NCBI GenBank assembly: GCA_038876335.1
Contig: JAVYYS010000001.1
Coordinates: 1 to 32,949, forward strand
Origin: Candidatus Micrarchaeaceae archaeon
GTDB lineage: Archaea > Micrarchaeota > Micrarchaeia > Micrarchaeales > Micrarchaeaceae
DNA length: 32,949 nt
Reading direction: 5' to 3'
In this document: one piece after another, positions 1 to 8,070 of the stretch
How the letters are laid out: each line of letters starts with the position of its first letter
Position numbering within the stretch: the stretch's first letter is position 1
Notes under the pieces: generated by a model
The model's database searches: none
What the model saw: the letters and a program-made list of their open reading frames with translations, nothing else
What the model was told of the DNA's origin: nothing
Position numbers and translations under genes: made by a program

Positions 1-220
1 AGATACATACGACAAGCTCAAGAATGTGATACGGAACAATCGCGGCATTGCCCAGGCCCCATGGTGTGGGGGGTATGATTGCGAAAGGAAAATAAAGGAA
101 GAAACAGGTGCAAAAATCACAAATATGCCGCTAGACGCCCAGGGTAAAGAGAAACTGAAAAAATGTATTTACTGCGGCAGCGATGCCAAGCACATCGCGA
201 ATTTTGCAAGGTCTTACTAA
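1..220 (+). CDS. proS: Prolyl-tRNA synthetase, C-terminal fragment (gene starts upstream of the window; reading frame from nt 2)
   Basis: The open frame runs from the window edge. The tail ...APWCGGYDCERKIKEETGAKITNMP...CIYCGSDAKHIANFARSY matches the archaeal/eukaryal-type ProRS C-terminal Zn-binding domain, which ends in FA(K/R)SY. Confidence 0.8.
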   Translation, partial: DTYDKLKNVIRNNRGIAQAPWCGGYDCERKIKEETGAKITNMPLDAQGKEKLKKCIYCGSDAKHIANFARSY

Positions 221-227
221 CCGCTAG

Positions 228-542
228 TTACCAGTCCCAGTCATCCTGCCTATTTTCATAGCATGAAGAAGCACAATCCCAGTATCCATTGTCCTCTTTT
301 TCCTTTTCGCATCTTAGCATGCATCGCGAAGTGTCTTCGTTGTTTTTCCTTTCGCGCCTTAGCCTATCTATGAAAAGTTGGATTTCTTTTTTTACTTTAT
401 TCTCCTCTACTTCGCAGCCCCTGCTCCTTAAAAAGTCAGAGACGTCTTTCACGAGCTTCTCTCCGCCTACATATGGATAGTACATCTCTATGGCAAACTC
501 GCCTTCCTTATTGCAGTCGACCTCTTTTTCTTTGCTCCCCAT
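228..542 (-). CDS. Hypothetical small protein (104 aa) with two CxxxC pairs and an acidic-aromatic DDWDW tail
   Basis: ATG-initiated ORF convergent with proS. No family recognised. The C-terminus contains CMLRC and CASSC. Confidence 0.4.
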   Translation of the reverse strand: MGSKEKEVDCNKEGEFAIEMYYPYVGGEKLVKDVSDFLRSRGCEVEENKVKKEIQLFIDRLRRERKNNEDTSRCMLRCEKEKEDNGYWDCASSCYENRQDDWDW

Positions 543-668
543 GTAAATCTAATAAAGTTGTAAATATAACCTTTTAAATAAAGCAAGACCCACTTAGTCG
601 AACGACGAAGTCTCGCGTAATCTGCCGCGCGCTTTCGCGAAAGAAATAAAATAAGAACAAGGGGTAAG

Positions 669-675
669 TATATTA
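669..675 (+). promoter_or_regulatory. TATA-like box (TATATTA) upstream of tRNA-Gln
   Basis: AT-rich TATA-like heptamer centred about 36 nt upstream of the tRNA 5' end, consistent with an archaeal promoter plus a short leader. Confidence 0.35.
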
Positions 676-707
676 GTATTGCCCTGATTGTGCAACTGCG
701 CATTTAC

Positions 708-780
708 AGCCCCGTCGTCTAGCGGCCAAGGACGCAGGCCTTTGGAGCCTGCTACATCGGTTCGAATCCGGTCGGGGCTA
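708..780 (+). tRNA. tRNA-Gln (anticodon UUG), no encoded CCA
   Basis: Hand-folded cloverleaf. Acceptor AGCCCCG/CGGGGCT has an A1-U72 pair, typical of archaeal tRNA-Gln. D stem is GTCT/GGAC, anticodon stem CAGGC/GCCTG with loop CTTTGGA, and T arm ATCGG-TTCGAAT-CCGGT. Discriminator is A. Confidence 0.9.
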
Positions 781-925
781 TCTCCAAAAGGGCTTGAACG
801 GCTTTTATAGAAGTGGGTGGAAACCCTAATCCTTCAGAAGCATCATGATGATCAATTAGCTGCTCTCAAAGCCCCAACCTTCAGTTAGGAGATACCACAT
901 AGCTCCGCAATCCTTCAATAGCAGT

Positions 926-1885
926 TTATACTATGTCGAGCGCGGCAAACATCACGGGCAAGATTATCGTCGCGTCGCCATCGATTGTGGTATACCTGGC
1001 CTTTTCCTTTATCTTGCCCCACGACACTGCCTCCGAAAGCCTTGCGCCAGAAAGGCTTCCATCAAATTGCGTTGCAGTTGTTATGTAAACGGCGTAGTCA
1101 AGCCCGCCTTTGAATTGGTTCCACCATATCACATGGTGCTTGCTTATGCCTCCGCCCACCATGAGCGCGCCAGTAACTTTGTGGTCGAAGATGATGTCGC
1201 TAAGTTCCTTTTCGTCTTTCAGCAGGTTGAGTTTGAAGTCGTGGTCCTGGGAGAATATAGTGAGCTGGGTTCCGAATGCGCTGTCGAGTATACCCGGGTT
1301 GAAAATTTTGACATTGTGGAGGAACGCCTGCCTCACTATCGAGCTGCTGTCATCGATCCTCTTGCCAAATTCGTATATCAGCTCGCTTGCGCTGTATTCC
1401 TTTTTGTAGTCACGGCTTGAGTATATCTCTTCCATGATCTTGTTGAATCTTTTCTCCAGCATGAGGCCATATTCGTCCCTTTCTATGAATACGTTGCCGA
1501 GCCTATAAACTCTCTTCCTGTGCAGCTCTGCATCGTCGGCATAAAAGGAACCCTTTCGGTATATCCCTCCCGAAGCCCTTGCTATGTCATGGTCCAACAT
1601 ACCTCCAGTTGTTATGATCGCATTGAAATACTTTGTAGCGCCCGCAATCGCGCCGCGCAGGCCCGTAGCTATTATGTCTGCAGGAAATGAAAGGAAGTTG
1701 AATGATCTTTTATCTGCAAGCATGTCTCTAAGTATATTGGTGCCTTCAGCCATATGTTGTGCCGAAAATCCTCCAATCTCCTGCATTTCGTCTATAAGCT
1801 CAGACACTTTCATAGATTTTCTGAGCTTCAAGTCCTTCACAGGTCCGCCTATGTGCTCTTTCCTTACGCCTTTTTTTGTAGCCAT
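926..1885 (-). CDS. dys: Deoxyhypusine synthase
   Basis: Full-length similarity to DHS, including the C-terminal ...MVGGGISKHHVIWWNQF... motif. The track ORF begins at a TTG (1897). The ATG at 1885 (MATKKGV...) is better placed relative to the TATA repeats at 1911-1936. Confidence 0.9.
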   Translation of the reverse strand: MATKKGVRKEHIGGPVKDLKLRKSMKVSELIDEMQEIGGFSAQHMAEGTNILRDMLADKRSFNFLSFPADIIATGLRGAIAGATKYFNAIITTGGMLDHDIARASGGIYRKGSFYADDAELHRKRVYRLGNVFIERDEYGLMLEKRFNKIMEEIYSSRDYKKEYSASELIYEFGKRIDDSSSIVRQAFLHNVKIFNPGILDSAFGTQLTIFSQDHDFKLNLLKDEKELSDIIFDHKVTGALMVGGGISKHHVIWWNQFKGGLDYAVYITTATQFDGSLSGARLSEAVSWGKIKEKARYTTIDGDATIILPVMFAALDIV

Positions 1886-1910
1886 AAAATTTACCAATAC
1901 GCTTCTCTCC

Positions 1911-1936
1911 TTTTCTATATAAGTTTTCTATATAAG
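1911..1936. promoter_or_regulatory. Tandem 13-nt duplication TTTTCTATATAAG x2 containing TATA boxes, in the dys/ftsZ divergent intergenic region
   Basis: Exact direct repeat read in the sequence. On the minus strand the CTTATATAG elements lie about 30-45 nt upstream of the dys ATG. Confidence 0.45.
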
Positions 1937-2024
1937 TAAATAGAGTAGAATGATACATATCCATTCATAAGCTTAAGCTTTTATTTTTTGCTACATTATT
2001 AAATCACGTGCGACCAGTGATCTT

Positions 2025-3119
2025 ATGCCAGAAAACCCGAGCGTGGATGATGAAGAGATATTACGTTTTATAGAAAATGCCCGCCCCAAAGTATATGTTA
2101 TTGGAACAGGAGGAAGCGGCAGCAACACAATAACGCGGCTTTCAAGCATAGGCATAGAGAACGCTACCCTTGTTGCGATGAACACTGATGCAGCCCATCT
2201 CGTAAAAACACGGTCGGAGCGTAAGCTTCTCTTGGGCAAAAAAATAACGCGCGGTTTAGGCGCAGGAAGCGATGTAAAAATCGGCGAGGAGGCAGCGCTT
2301 GAAAGCAAGGATGAGATAAGGCACCTTATAGGAGATGCTAGCCTTGTGCTCGCCACATGCGGTCTTGGTGGCGGAACTGGCACTGGCTCAATAGCTACAA
2401 TAATCCATGAAGCCAAAGAGGCTGGAGCGCTCACGGTCAGCGTAGTTACGCTTCCATTCTCCAGCGAGGGTACTACAAGGATGAAAAATGCGTTGGAGGG
2501 GCTTGCAAAACTGAAAAAAGTTTCAGATACAACAATAATAATCCCTAATGACAAGCTTCTTTCTGTAGCTCCAGATCTTCCGCTCAATATGGCGTTTAGG
2601 GTTTCAGATGAAGTGCTCGCCGAAGCTACGAAGGGCATAGTGGAAATGAGCACGAAGCCGGGTCTTGTCAATATAGATTTTGCGGATCTGCGCTCCGTGC
2701 TTAAGGATGCTGGGTTCGCTGTGATAGGCTCTGGGGAAAGCACTGCACCAGATGGCAATGGCATGCGCGCCATCAATGCTTTGGAGAGCGCGATAAAAAG
2801 CCCCATACTCGATGCCGATTTGTCCTCCGCCAGAAAAGCGCTAGTAAACATAGTAGGCGGAGAAAGCCTCACTTTGAGGGAAGCGGAGAGCGTCTTCCAA
2901 GAGGTTTCGAGCAGGATAGATCAAAATGCACTTCTTAAATGGGGCGCGCGGATAGACCCTGATATGAAAAAAGATACAGTAAAGGTAATGGTAGTTATAA
3001 GCGGGGTGGAGTTCCCTCAGTATACTGAGGAAGGAATAGCAAAAAACCTAAAAAAAATGGAAGAACTGGATCTAGATGAGGTGTTTACAGAGATGAACCC
3101 GCATAAAAATGAAAAATAA
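2025..3119 (+). CDS. ftsZ: Cell division GTPase FtsZ
   Basis: Tubulin/FtsZ signature GLGGGTGTGS, the N-terminal GTGGSGSNTITRL G-box, and a T7-loop region NIDFADL. Confidence 0.95.
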   Translation: MPENPSVDDEEILRFIENARPKVYVIGTGGSGSNTITRLSSIGIENATLVAMNTDAAHLVKTRSERKLLLGKKITRGLGAGSDVKIGEEAALESKDEIRHLIGDASLVLATCGLGGGTGTGSIATIIHEAKEAGALTVSVVTLPFSSEGTTRMKNALEGLAKLKKVSDTTIIIPNDKLLSVAPDLPLNMAFRVSDEVLAEATKGIVEMSTKPGLVNIDFADLRSVLKDAGFAVIGSGESTAPDGNGMRAINALESAIKSPILDADLSSARKALVNIVGGESLTLREAESVFQEVSSRIDQNALLKWGARIDPDMKKDTVKVMVVISGVEFPQYTEEGIAKNLKKMEELDLDEVFTEMNPHKNEK

Positions 3120-3148
3120 GAAATATGCAGTGCCGTTCTCTGCTATTG

Positions 3149-3298
3149 CTATTTCTGCTGCTTTTTTAGCTTCCTGTGGTACACAGTATCGAACTTGTAG
3201 CACCTGTTGCTGCAGTAGTAGCTTATCTTGCCCGAGCGGTGTACAAACATGATACCACTGCCTTTTTCTATATCTTTTGAACAATAGGAGCATTTCAT
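3149..3298 (-). CDS. rpl24e: Ribosomal protein L24e (49 aa; below the ORF-track length cutoff)
   Basis: Manual translation gives MKCSYCSKDIEKGSGIMFVHRSGKISYYCSNRCYKFDTVYHRKLKKQQK. It has the CxxC...CxxxC zinc-ribbon pattern typical of L24e and sits in the conserved L7Ae-S28e-L24e position, 32 nt after S28e. Confidence 0.8.
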   Translation of the reverse strand: MKCSYCSKDIEKGSGIMFVHRSGKISYYCSNRCYKFDTVYHRKLKKQQK

Positions 3299-3330
3299 AT
3301 AATCATCATATGGCAGCAGCGCAAAAACGT

Positions 3331-3684
3331 TTACTTAACGGAGATCTGCTTTGCCTCCCTGCTGGTGTCCACAAGCCTCACAATGTCGCCCACCTTGACA
3401 GGGCCAAGTATATTTCTTTTTATCACCCTGCCTTTGTCCCTGCCTTCAAGCACATTGCACATAACAGTATAAATCTCTCCATACATGCCTGTTTTACCCT
3501 TTCTGTTAACCTCTACAATCTCTGCGGCTATGCCACGGAATATCTGTGACTGCTGCTGCGTCTGTGCTGCCTGCATCTCTTCTCTTCCGGCTTCTGCAGG
3601 CGCTGCTGCTGCAGAATTTGCTGCCGCTTTGGTGGGATTCTTATCTGTTTCATTGTCATGTCGGTTTTCCTGTCTGTTTTCCAT
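3331..3684 (-). CDS. rps28e: Ribosomal protein S28e with a possible 45-aa low-complexity N-terminal extension
   Basis: The core ...AEIVEVNRKGKTGMYGEIYTVMCNVLEGRDKGRVIKRNILGPVKVGDIVRLVDTSREAK matches S28e. An alternative internal start at Met37 (nt 3576) is possible. Confidence 0.85.
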   Translation of the reverse strand: MENRQENRHDNETDKNPTKAAANSAAAAPAEAGREEMQAAQTQQQSQIFRGIAAEIVEVNRKGKTGMYGEIYTVMCNVLEGRDKGRVIKRNILGPVKVGDIVRLVDTSREAKQISVK

Positions 3685-3708
3685 CTAAATCAACCGCCAT
3701 TCATAGTG

Positions 3709-4161
3709 CTAATGTTTCTCAGCCTCTTTGCCCTCTTGCTTTGGCTTTTCTTTAGCCGGTTTCTCTTCGCTTTGCTGCTTGCTCTGAGGCTTTCCTGTTA
3801 CTCTGGCAGCTATATCGTCTAACTGCCCAGACGCTTTGCCCCTGTTTTCTACAGCAACAGCAGTGCACTGTACATTTAGCCCTATAGACTTGCCCAACTC
3901 TAATTTGCTTGGCACGAAAACGTAAGGCACTTTCTTCTGCTCACATAGTGTAGGTAAATGTATTACTACCTCCTCTGGTTCAACATCCCCTGCTATTGCA
4001 ACGAATGTTGCAAGCCCCCTCTCTATGCTTTTTGTGACCTCGTTTGCGCCCTTTTTTACTGTGCCGGACTGTTTTGCAAGCTGCAGCGCCTCATAGGTTT
4101 TCGCGACTACGTCATTCGATACCTCAAACTTTACGTAAGATTTTGCCATTTGTTTCACCAT
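3709..4161 (-). CDS. rpl7ae: Ribosomal protein L7Ae (K-turn binding) with a K/E/Q-rich C-terminal tail
   Basis: KKGANEVTKSIERGLATFVAIAGDVEPEEVVIHLPTLCEQKKVPYVFVPSKLELG is the L7Ae/L30e/S12e-fold core. It lies upstream of S28e as in most archaea. Confidence 0.9.
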   Translation of the reverse strand: MVKQMAKSYVKFEVSNDVVAKTYEALQLAKQSGTVKKGANEVTKSIERGLATFVAIAGDVEPEEVVIHLPTLCEQKKVPYVFVPSKLELGKSIGLNVQCTAVAVENRGKASGQLDDIAARVTGKPQSKQQSEEKPAKEKPKQEGKEAEKH

Positions 4162-4261
4162 CTGTCAATTTAGTCAAACTTCATCGGTTGAGCACGTGCT
4201 TCGCTTAGGAAGAAGGCTTTTAATATATTTCCCGCAAAGCTTTTTAACTCCTTCGCAAATT

Positions 4262-6457
4262 TCAGCTTATGAGGAAGTCTGAGGCCTTTGGCGGGGTCTC
4301 AGGTACGCCTTTCCTCTTCCTTATCTCTCTTACTATTTGCTCTTGCAGCGCATTCGGAACCTTCTCATAGCCCGCAAATTCCATAGCCCAGAGCGCCCTG
4401 CCCTGCGTAAGGCTCCTCAGGTCATTGGAGAAATTCTTCAAGGTTTCAGCTACAGGTATCTTTGACCTTATAATTACATGATCCCTGTCCTGCTTTATAT
4501 CAAGCACTACGCCACGCTTGCCCTGCATGAATGATATCACATCCGACATATAATCCTGCGGCACGGTTATCTCATAAATCTGCTTGGGCTCCATCAGGTA
4601 TACTCCCGCAGTCAACATAGCCGCATAGATTCCATTCCTTATAGCTGGTATGACCTGTGCAGGCCCTCTATGCACTGGGTCTTCGTGGATAGTCGCGTCA
4701 ACTATGCTTACGAGCACTCCAGCGCACTTCTGCCTTGCCAGAGGGCCGTCCTTTACCGCTTCCGTAAATCCCTCAATCACGTTTTCCATTACTTCATTGA
4801 TATACTGCACCCCATGCGTTACGTCGCTGAGTATGCATCTGTTGTATACATATACTGCATTCTTGGCTATCGCCCTGTCAAGGCCCGCTTTTACCATGAG
4901 CTCTATAGCGGCCTGGCCCTTCGGTTTGCCATCTTTTATCGCACCCTCTTCAAGCTCCTTTTGCAGCGCTTCAGGAAGCGGCTCCACTGTAAGATAAAAC
5001 TTTGAGTGCCTGTTCGGAGTTTTGCTCTCTATCGGCCCAGCCTTGGACGCTATGGCTTCGCTATATACCACTATAGGCTCGCTGGAAATGATAGGTATGC
5101 CAAATTCATCCTTGATCTTGGTTTCTATAATCTCAAGATGGAGCTCCCCCATGCCGCTGACCAAGTGCTCCCCTGTTTCCTGATTAATCTCAGCCTGTAT
5201 TGTAGGGTCCTCCTTCGACAGTTCCCTTAGCGCCTCTATAAGCTTTATTGTGTCCCTAGAATCCTTTGCCTCTATCGCCTTTGTTACAACTGGCTTAGAA
5301 TAATGCTTTATTGGGTCAAACGGCTCAATGATATTCTCGCTGAGCGTGTCCCCTATAGTGAGATCTCCAAGCCCCACGATTGTGCATATGTTGCCCGCTG
5401 GCACCGCATCAACCGGGACTCTATCCGGACCCATATAAACCCCAACCTGCTGTATCCTTTCAGTGTTGTTCTTACCTGATATGTGGAGCTCAACGCCCTT
5501 CTTCGCAACACCAGAAAACACCCTACCTACCGCTACCTCTCCGCTATGCTGATCGTAAGTGATTCCAAACACGACTATGTTCGTCTTCGCAGTGGGGTCT
5601 ACATTTATCATCGCTTTTCCATCCTCGCTGTTTATGTCTCCATGCCATATCAATGGTATCCTGTAGGGCTGCGCCTCCTTCGGGTTTGGCAGATTGTCTA
5701 TTATCATAGGCAGTATTGCCTCCTCTATAGGCGCGACGTCCTGTAGCTCACTTTCCTTTCCTTCAGCAAAGTACCGGAAGATGTCTTTAAACGTTATCTT
5801 GTACTTTTCAGTTATGACCTTAGAAACGGCCCATTTGTCATATGCGGAGCCAAATGCTACGCTATTGTTCTCTACGCTTATCTTCCATTTCTCTATAAAC
5901 TCAGGAGGAGCGAATTGCTCTATAAAGTAGTTCACCTTCTGGACTAGGTCAAGCAGCCTCTCCTGTGTCTGCTCGGGGGTCAGCCTTAGTTCGCTGAGAA
6001 GCCTATCCACTTTGTTTACAAAAAGGATCGGCCTGACTTTCTCCTTAAGTGCCTGCTTTAGCACAGTCTCGGTTTGCGGCATTATCATCTCTACGGGATC
6101 GACAACGAGCACGGCCCCATCAACGGCGCGCATCGACCTTGTGACATGACCGCCAAAATCTACGTGGCCCGGGGTGTCAATTAAATTTATTATATAATCG
6201 CGATCCTTGTACTTGAAACCCAGCGATATATTGGCAGATTTTATCGTCATCTTTCTCTCTTTTTCTATCGCGTCGTAATTTGTGAATAGCACTTCACCCG
6301 CGGCGGTTTTTGATATTAGGCCCGCCTTAGCAAGTAGCGAATCAGTGAGTGTTGTTTTGCCGTGGTGGACGTGGGCTATTATCGCGATGTTCCTTATCCT
6401 ATCGTAGTCATTCATTAACTTTGTGATTTCCTCAACCATAAGCTCTCGTCTTACCAT
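4262..6457 (-). CDS. fusA: Translation elongation factor 2 (aEF-2)
   Basis: G1 motif AHVHHGKTTLTD, DTPGHVDF and NKVDR. The diphthamide-site context is HEDPVHRGPAQVIPA. The ATG at 6457 (MVRRELMVEEITKLM...) aligns with typical aEF-2 N-termini. The track ORF begins at a GTG (6466). Confidence 0.95.
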   Translation of the reverse strand: MVRRELMVEEITKLMNDYDRIRNIAIIAHVHHGKTTLTDSLLAKAGLISKTAAGEVLFTNYDAIEKERKMTIKSANISLGFKYKDRDYIINLIDTPGHVDFGGHVTRSMRAVDGAVLVVDPVEMIMPQTETVLKQALKEKVRPILFVNKVDRLLSELRLTPEQTQERLLDLVQKVNYFIEQFAPPEFIEKWKISVENNSVAFGSAYDKWAVSKVITEKYKITFKDIFRYFAEGKESELQDVAPIEEAILPMIIDNLPNPKEAQPYRIPLIWHGDINSEDGKAMINVDPTAKTNIVVFGITYDQHSGEVAVGRVFSGVAKKGVELHISGKNNTERIQQVGVYMGPDRVPVDAVPAGNICTIVGLGDLTIGDTLSENIIEPFDPIKHYSKPVVTKAIEAKDSRDTIKLIEALRELSKEDPTIQAEINQETGEHLVSGMGELHLEIIETKIKDEFGIPIISSEPIVVYSEAIASKAGPIESKTPNRHSKFYLTVEPLPEALQKELEEGAIKDGKPKGQAAIELMVKAGLDRAIAKNAVYVYNRCILSDVTHGVQYINEVMENVIEGFTEAVKDGPLARQKCAGVLVSIVDATIHEDPVHRGPAQVIPAIRNGIYAAMLTAGVYLMEPKQIYEITVPQDYMSDVISFMQGKRGVVLDIKQDRDHVIIRSKIPVAETLKNFSNDLRSLTQGRALWAMEFAGYEKVPNALQEQIVREIRKRKGVPETPPKASDFLIS

Positions 6458-6467
6458 AATAAGCACT

Positions 6468-7223
6468 TCATCTAGCGCTTCTTGCCATGCGCTCTATCTC
6501 ATTCTTCCTTTTTATGGCATAACTGTTTATGTCATTGTTTGCAGCAAGGATTAGTTCATCGGCAAGCGCATCCACAATATTTTTTCTCTTATCGAATGCG
6601 CCTATCACAGTAGCGAAGGCTATATTCCTAAGAGCGATGTCAAGCCTCTTGCTTGCGCTTATATCCACAGTCACATTCGCCACAACACCGCCGTACCTTA
6701 CCCTTGTAGTATCCTCTATGGGTGCGCTGTTTTCAAGCGCCCTTATCAATACTTGAAGCGGGTTCTCATGCGTTATACCATAGACTTTGTCGAATGCATT
6801 CTCCACTATATGCATAACCTTGATCTTTTTGCCTTGGAGCTTGCCCTTTGTTCTTATCACGTGGCTTCCTATCTTCTTCCCAGTTCCGCCGCGCATGAGG
6901 TAGTTCTCAAGCCTCTCTACTATATTTATTTTTGCCTTTGAAAAATCTTCATTGCTGTTTCCCCTAAAAGTATTTGGATATTCGAATGGGGTTAGGTTTA
7001 TATAATTCTTGAGGCTTTGGTCTGAAATCGTAACATCATACGGGTATTTGCCGAACAGTTTCGGCCTTTCCATTGCAATGTGTTGGGCAACAGCCGGAGA
7101 CTTTCTCTGCACAGCCCTTTTTTTTGCAGCCGGAGCTGCAGATGTCGACTGCTTTGAGGCCTCAGCCCCTTCCAGCCCTACTGCAACAGCGGCCTTTTTG
7201 TCCTCTTTTTCAGTATTATCCAT
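6468..7223 (-). CDS. rps7: Ribosomal protein S7 (uS7) with a possible 50-aa A/K-rich N-terminal extension
   Basis: The core KLFGKYPYDVTISDQSLKNYINL ... NEIERMARSAR is archaeal uS7. It follows S12 as in the str cluster. An alternative start is Met52 (nt 7070). Confidence 0.9.
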   Translation of the reverse strand: MDNTEKEDKKAAVAVGLEGAEASKQSTSAAPAAKKRAVQRKSPAVAQHIAMERPKLFGKYPYDVTISDQSLKNYINLTPFEYPNTFRGNSNEDFSKAKINIVERLENYLMRGGTGKKIGSHVIRTKGKLQGKKIKVMHIVENAFDKVYGITHENPLQVLIRALENSAPIEDTTRVRYGGVVANVTVDISASKRLDIALRNIAFATVIGAFDKRKNIVDALADELILAANNDINSYAIKRKNEIERMARSAR

Positions 7224-7235
7224 AATATCAGCAGC

Positions 7236-7664
7236 TCATCTCTTCGGCTTTTCCTTCCTGCCGGTTCTTATTTCTTCAAGGCTAGTGCCGTTTACTTCTA
7301 CTACCTTGAACCTTACCCCGGGAATTGCGCCCATCTGGCCCCTCTGCGATCCTCCAAGCCCTTCTATAGTGACTTCGTCATGTTCGTCTATAAAGTTTAT
7401 AGAACCGTCTCTAGGAACAAAAGCGCCAACTATCTTACTATTTTTTATTAGCTGTACCTTTACGCATTTTATCTGGCCTGAATTGGGCTGTTTCTGCTGC
7501 AGCGCGTATTTTTGCAATACGAGCGCCTTAGCCCTAGGGACAACCCCCACAGCGTCATATTTCTGCTTAAGCTTTAGTTTTTTCCTCTTCAGCCATTTCT
7601 TGAGCATTATCTGGTGCTTTCTCTGCTTAAGCAGCTTTCTTGCAGCAAACTCGCCGTTTCCCAT
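7236..7664 (-). CDS. rps12: Ribosomal protein S12 (uS12), divergent
   Basis: KQPNSGQIKCVKVQLIKN...AFVPRDGSINFIDEHDEV...IPGVRFKVVEVNG...GRKEKPKR matches the uS12 framework. Confidence 0.95.
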   Translation of the reverse strand: MGNGEFAARKLLKQRKHQIMLKKWLKRKKLKLKQKYDAVGVVPRAKALVLQKYALQQKQPNSGQIKCVKVQLIKNSKIVGAFVPRDGSINFIDEHDEVTIEGLGGSQRGQMGAIPGVRFKVVEVNGTSLEEIRTGRKEKPKR

Positions 7665-7668
7665 ATAC

Positions 7669-8070
7669 TCATTCCTCTTTCCTCATTTCTTCATTCTCTT
7701 TCTCTTCTTTTCCATTTTCTTCTTCTGCTACCTGTTTGTGCTCCTGCTTTTTATCTTTTGTGGCCTGATCCGAGTAGTCTGATTGCAGTATGCTTGAGTT
7801 CCCAGGGTCTATTATGGAAACTGCGGAAACCGAAAAGGGTTTGCCACACACGGCGCCGAGCTCTACAGGATTGCCCTTGAAGATTACAATTTTTAGCCCA
7901 GCCAGATTAGCAAGATGCCTTATCTCTGCGTGCAGCTCCTTCTCTCCACTCTCAGCCAGGACTACAAGCTTAGAGCTACCATTGTTTACCGAAGCAATTA
8001 CGCTGTTCGCTCCTACCGCTACCTCTCCGCTGTCAACAGCGAGGCGTATATCCCCAGATAGGTCTGCCAT
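7669..8070 (-). CDS. rpl30e: Ribosomal protein L30e with a 35-40-aa acidic/lysine-rich C-terminal tail
   Basis: The pattern ...SGEVAVGANSVIASVNNGSSKLVVLAE...ELGAVCGKPFSVSAVSIIDPGNSSIL matches L30e. It lies directly upstream of S12 (4-nt spacer). Confidence 0.85.
   Translation of the reverse strand: MADLSGDIRLAVDSGEVAVGANSVIASVNNGSSKLVVLAESGEKELHAEIRHLANLAGLKIVIFKGNPVELGAVCGKPFSVSAVSIIDPGNSSILQSDYSDQATKDKKQEHKQVAEEENGKEEKENEEMRKEE

Noticed and set aside
846-852. C-box-like ATGATGA (and the nearby triple AATCCTTCA-type repeats) suggesting a C/D box sRNA between tRNA-Gln and dys
   Set aside because: No CUGA D or D' box lies at the required spacing on the plus strand. On the minus strand the imperfect box (AUGAUGC) is only 2 nt from CUGA, which leaves no guide. 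This is insufficient for an sRNA call.
1991-2872. 293-aa ORF antisense to ftsZ
   Set aside because: It lies fully inside the strongly supported ftsZ gene on the opposite strand. Its composition is low-complexity Ser/Ala/Leu-rich and has no recognisable motifs. This is a typical shadow ORF.
7009-7782. 257-aa ORF antisense to S7, S12 and L30e
   Set aside because: It spans three well-supported ribosomal protein genes and their junctions on the other strand. Its Phe/Ser/Leu-rich composition comes from the antisense of Lys/Glu codons.
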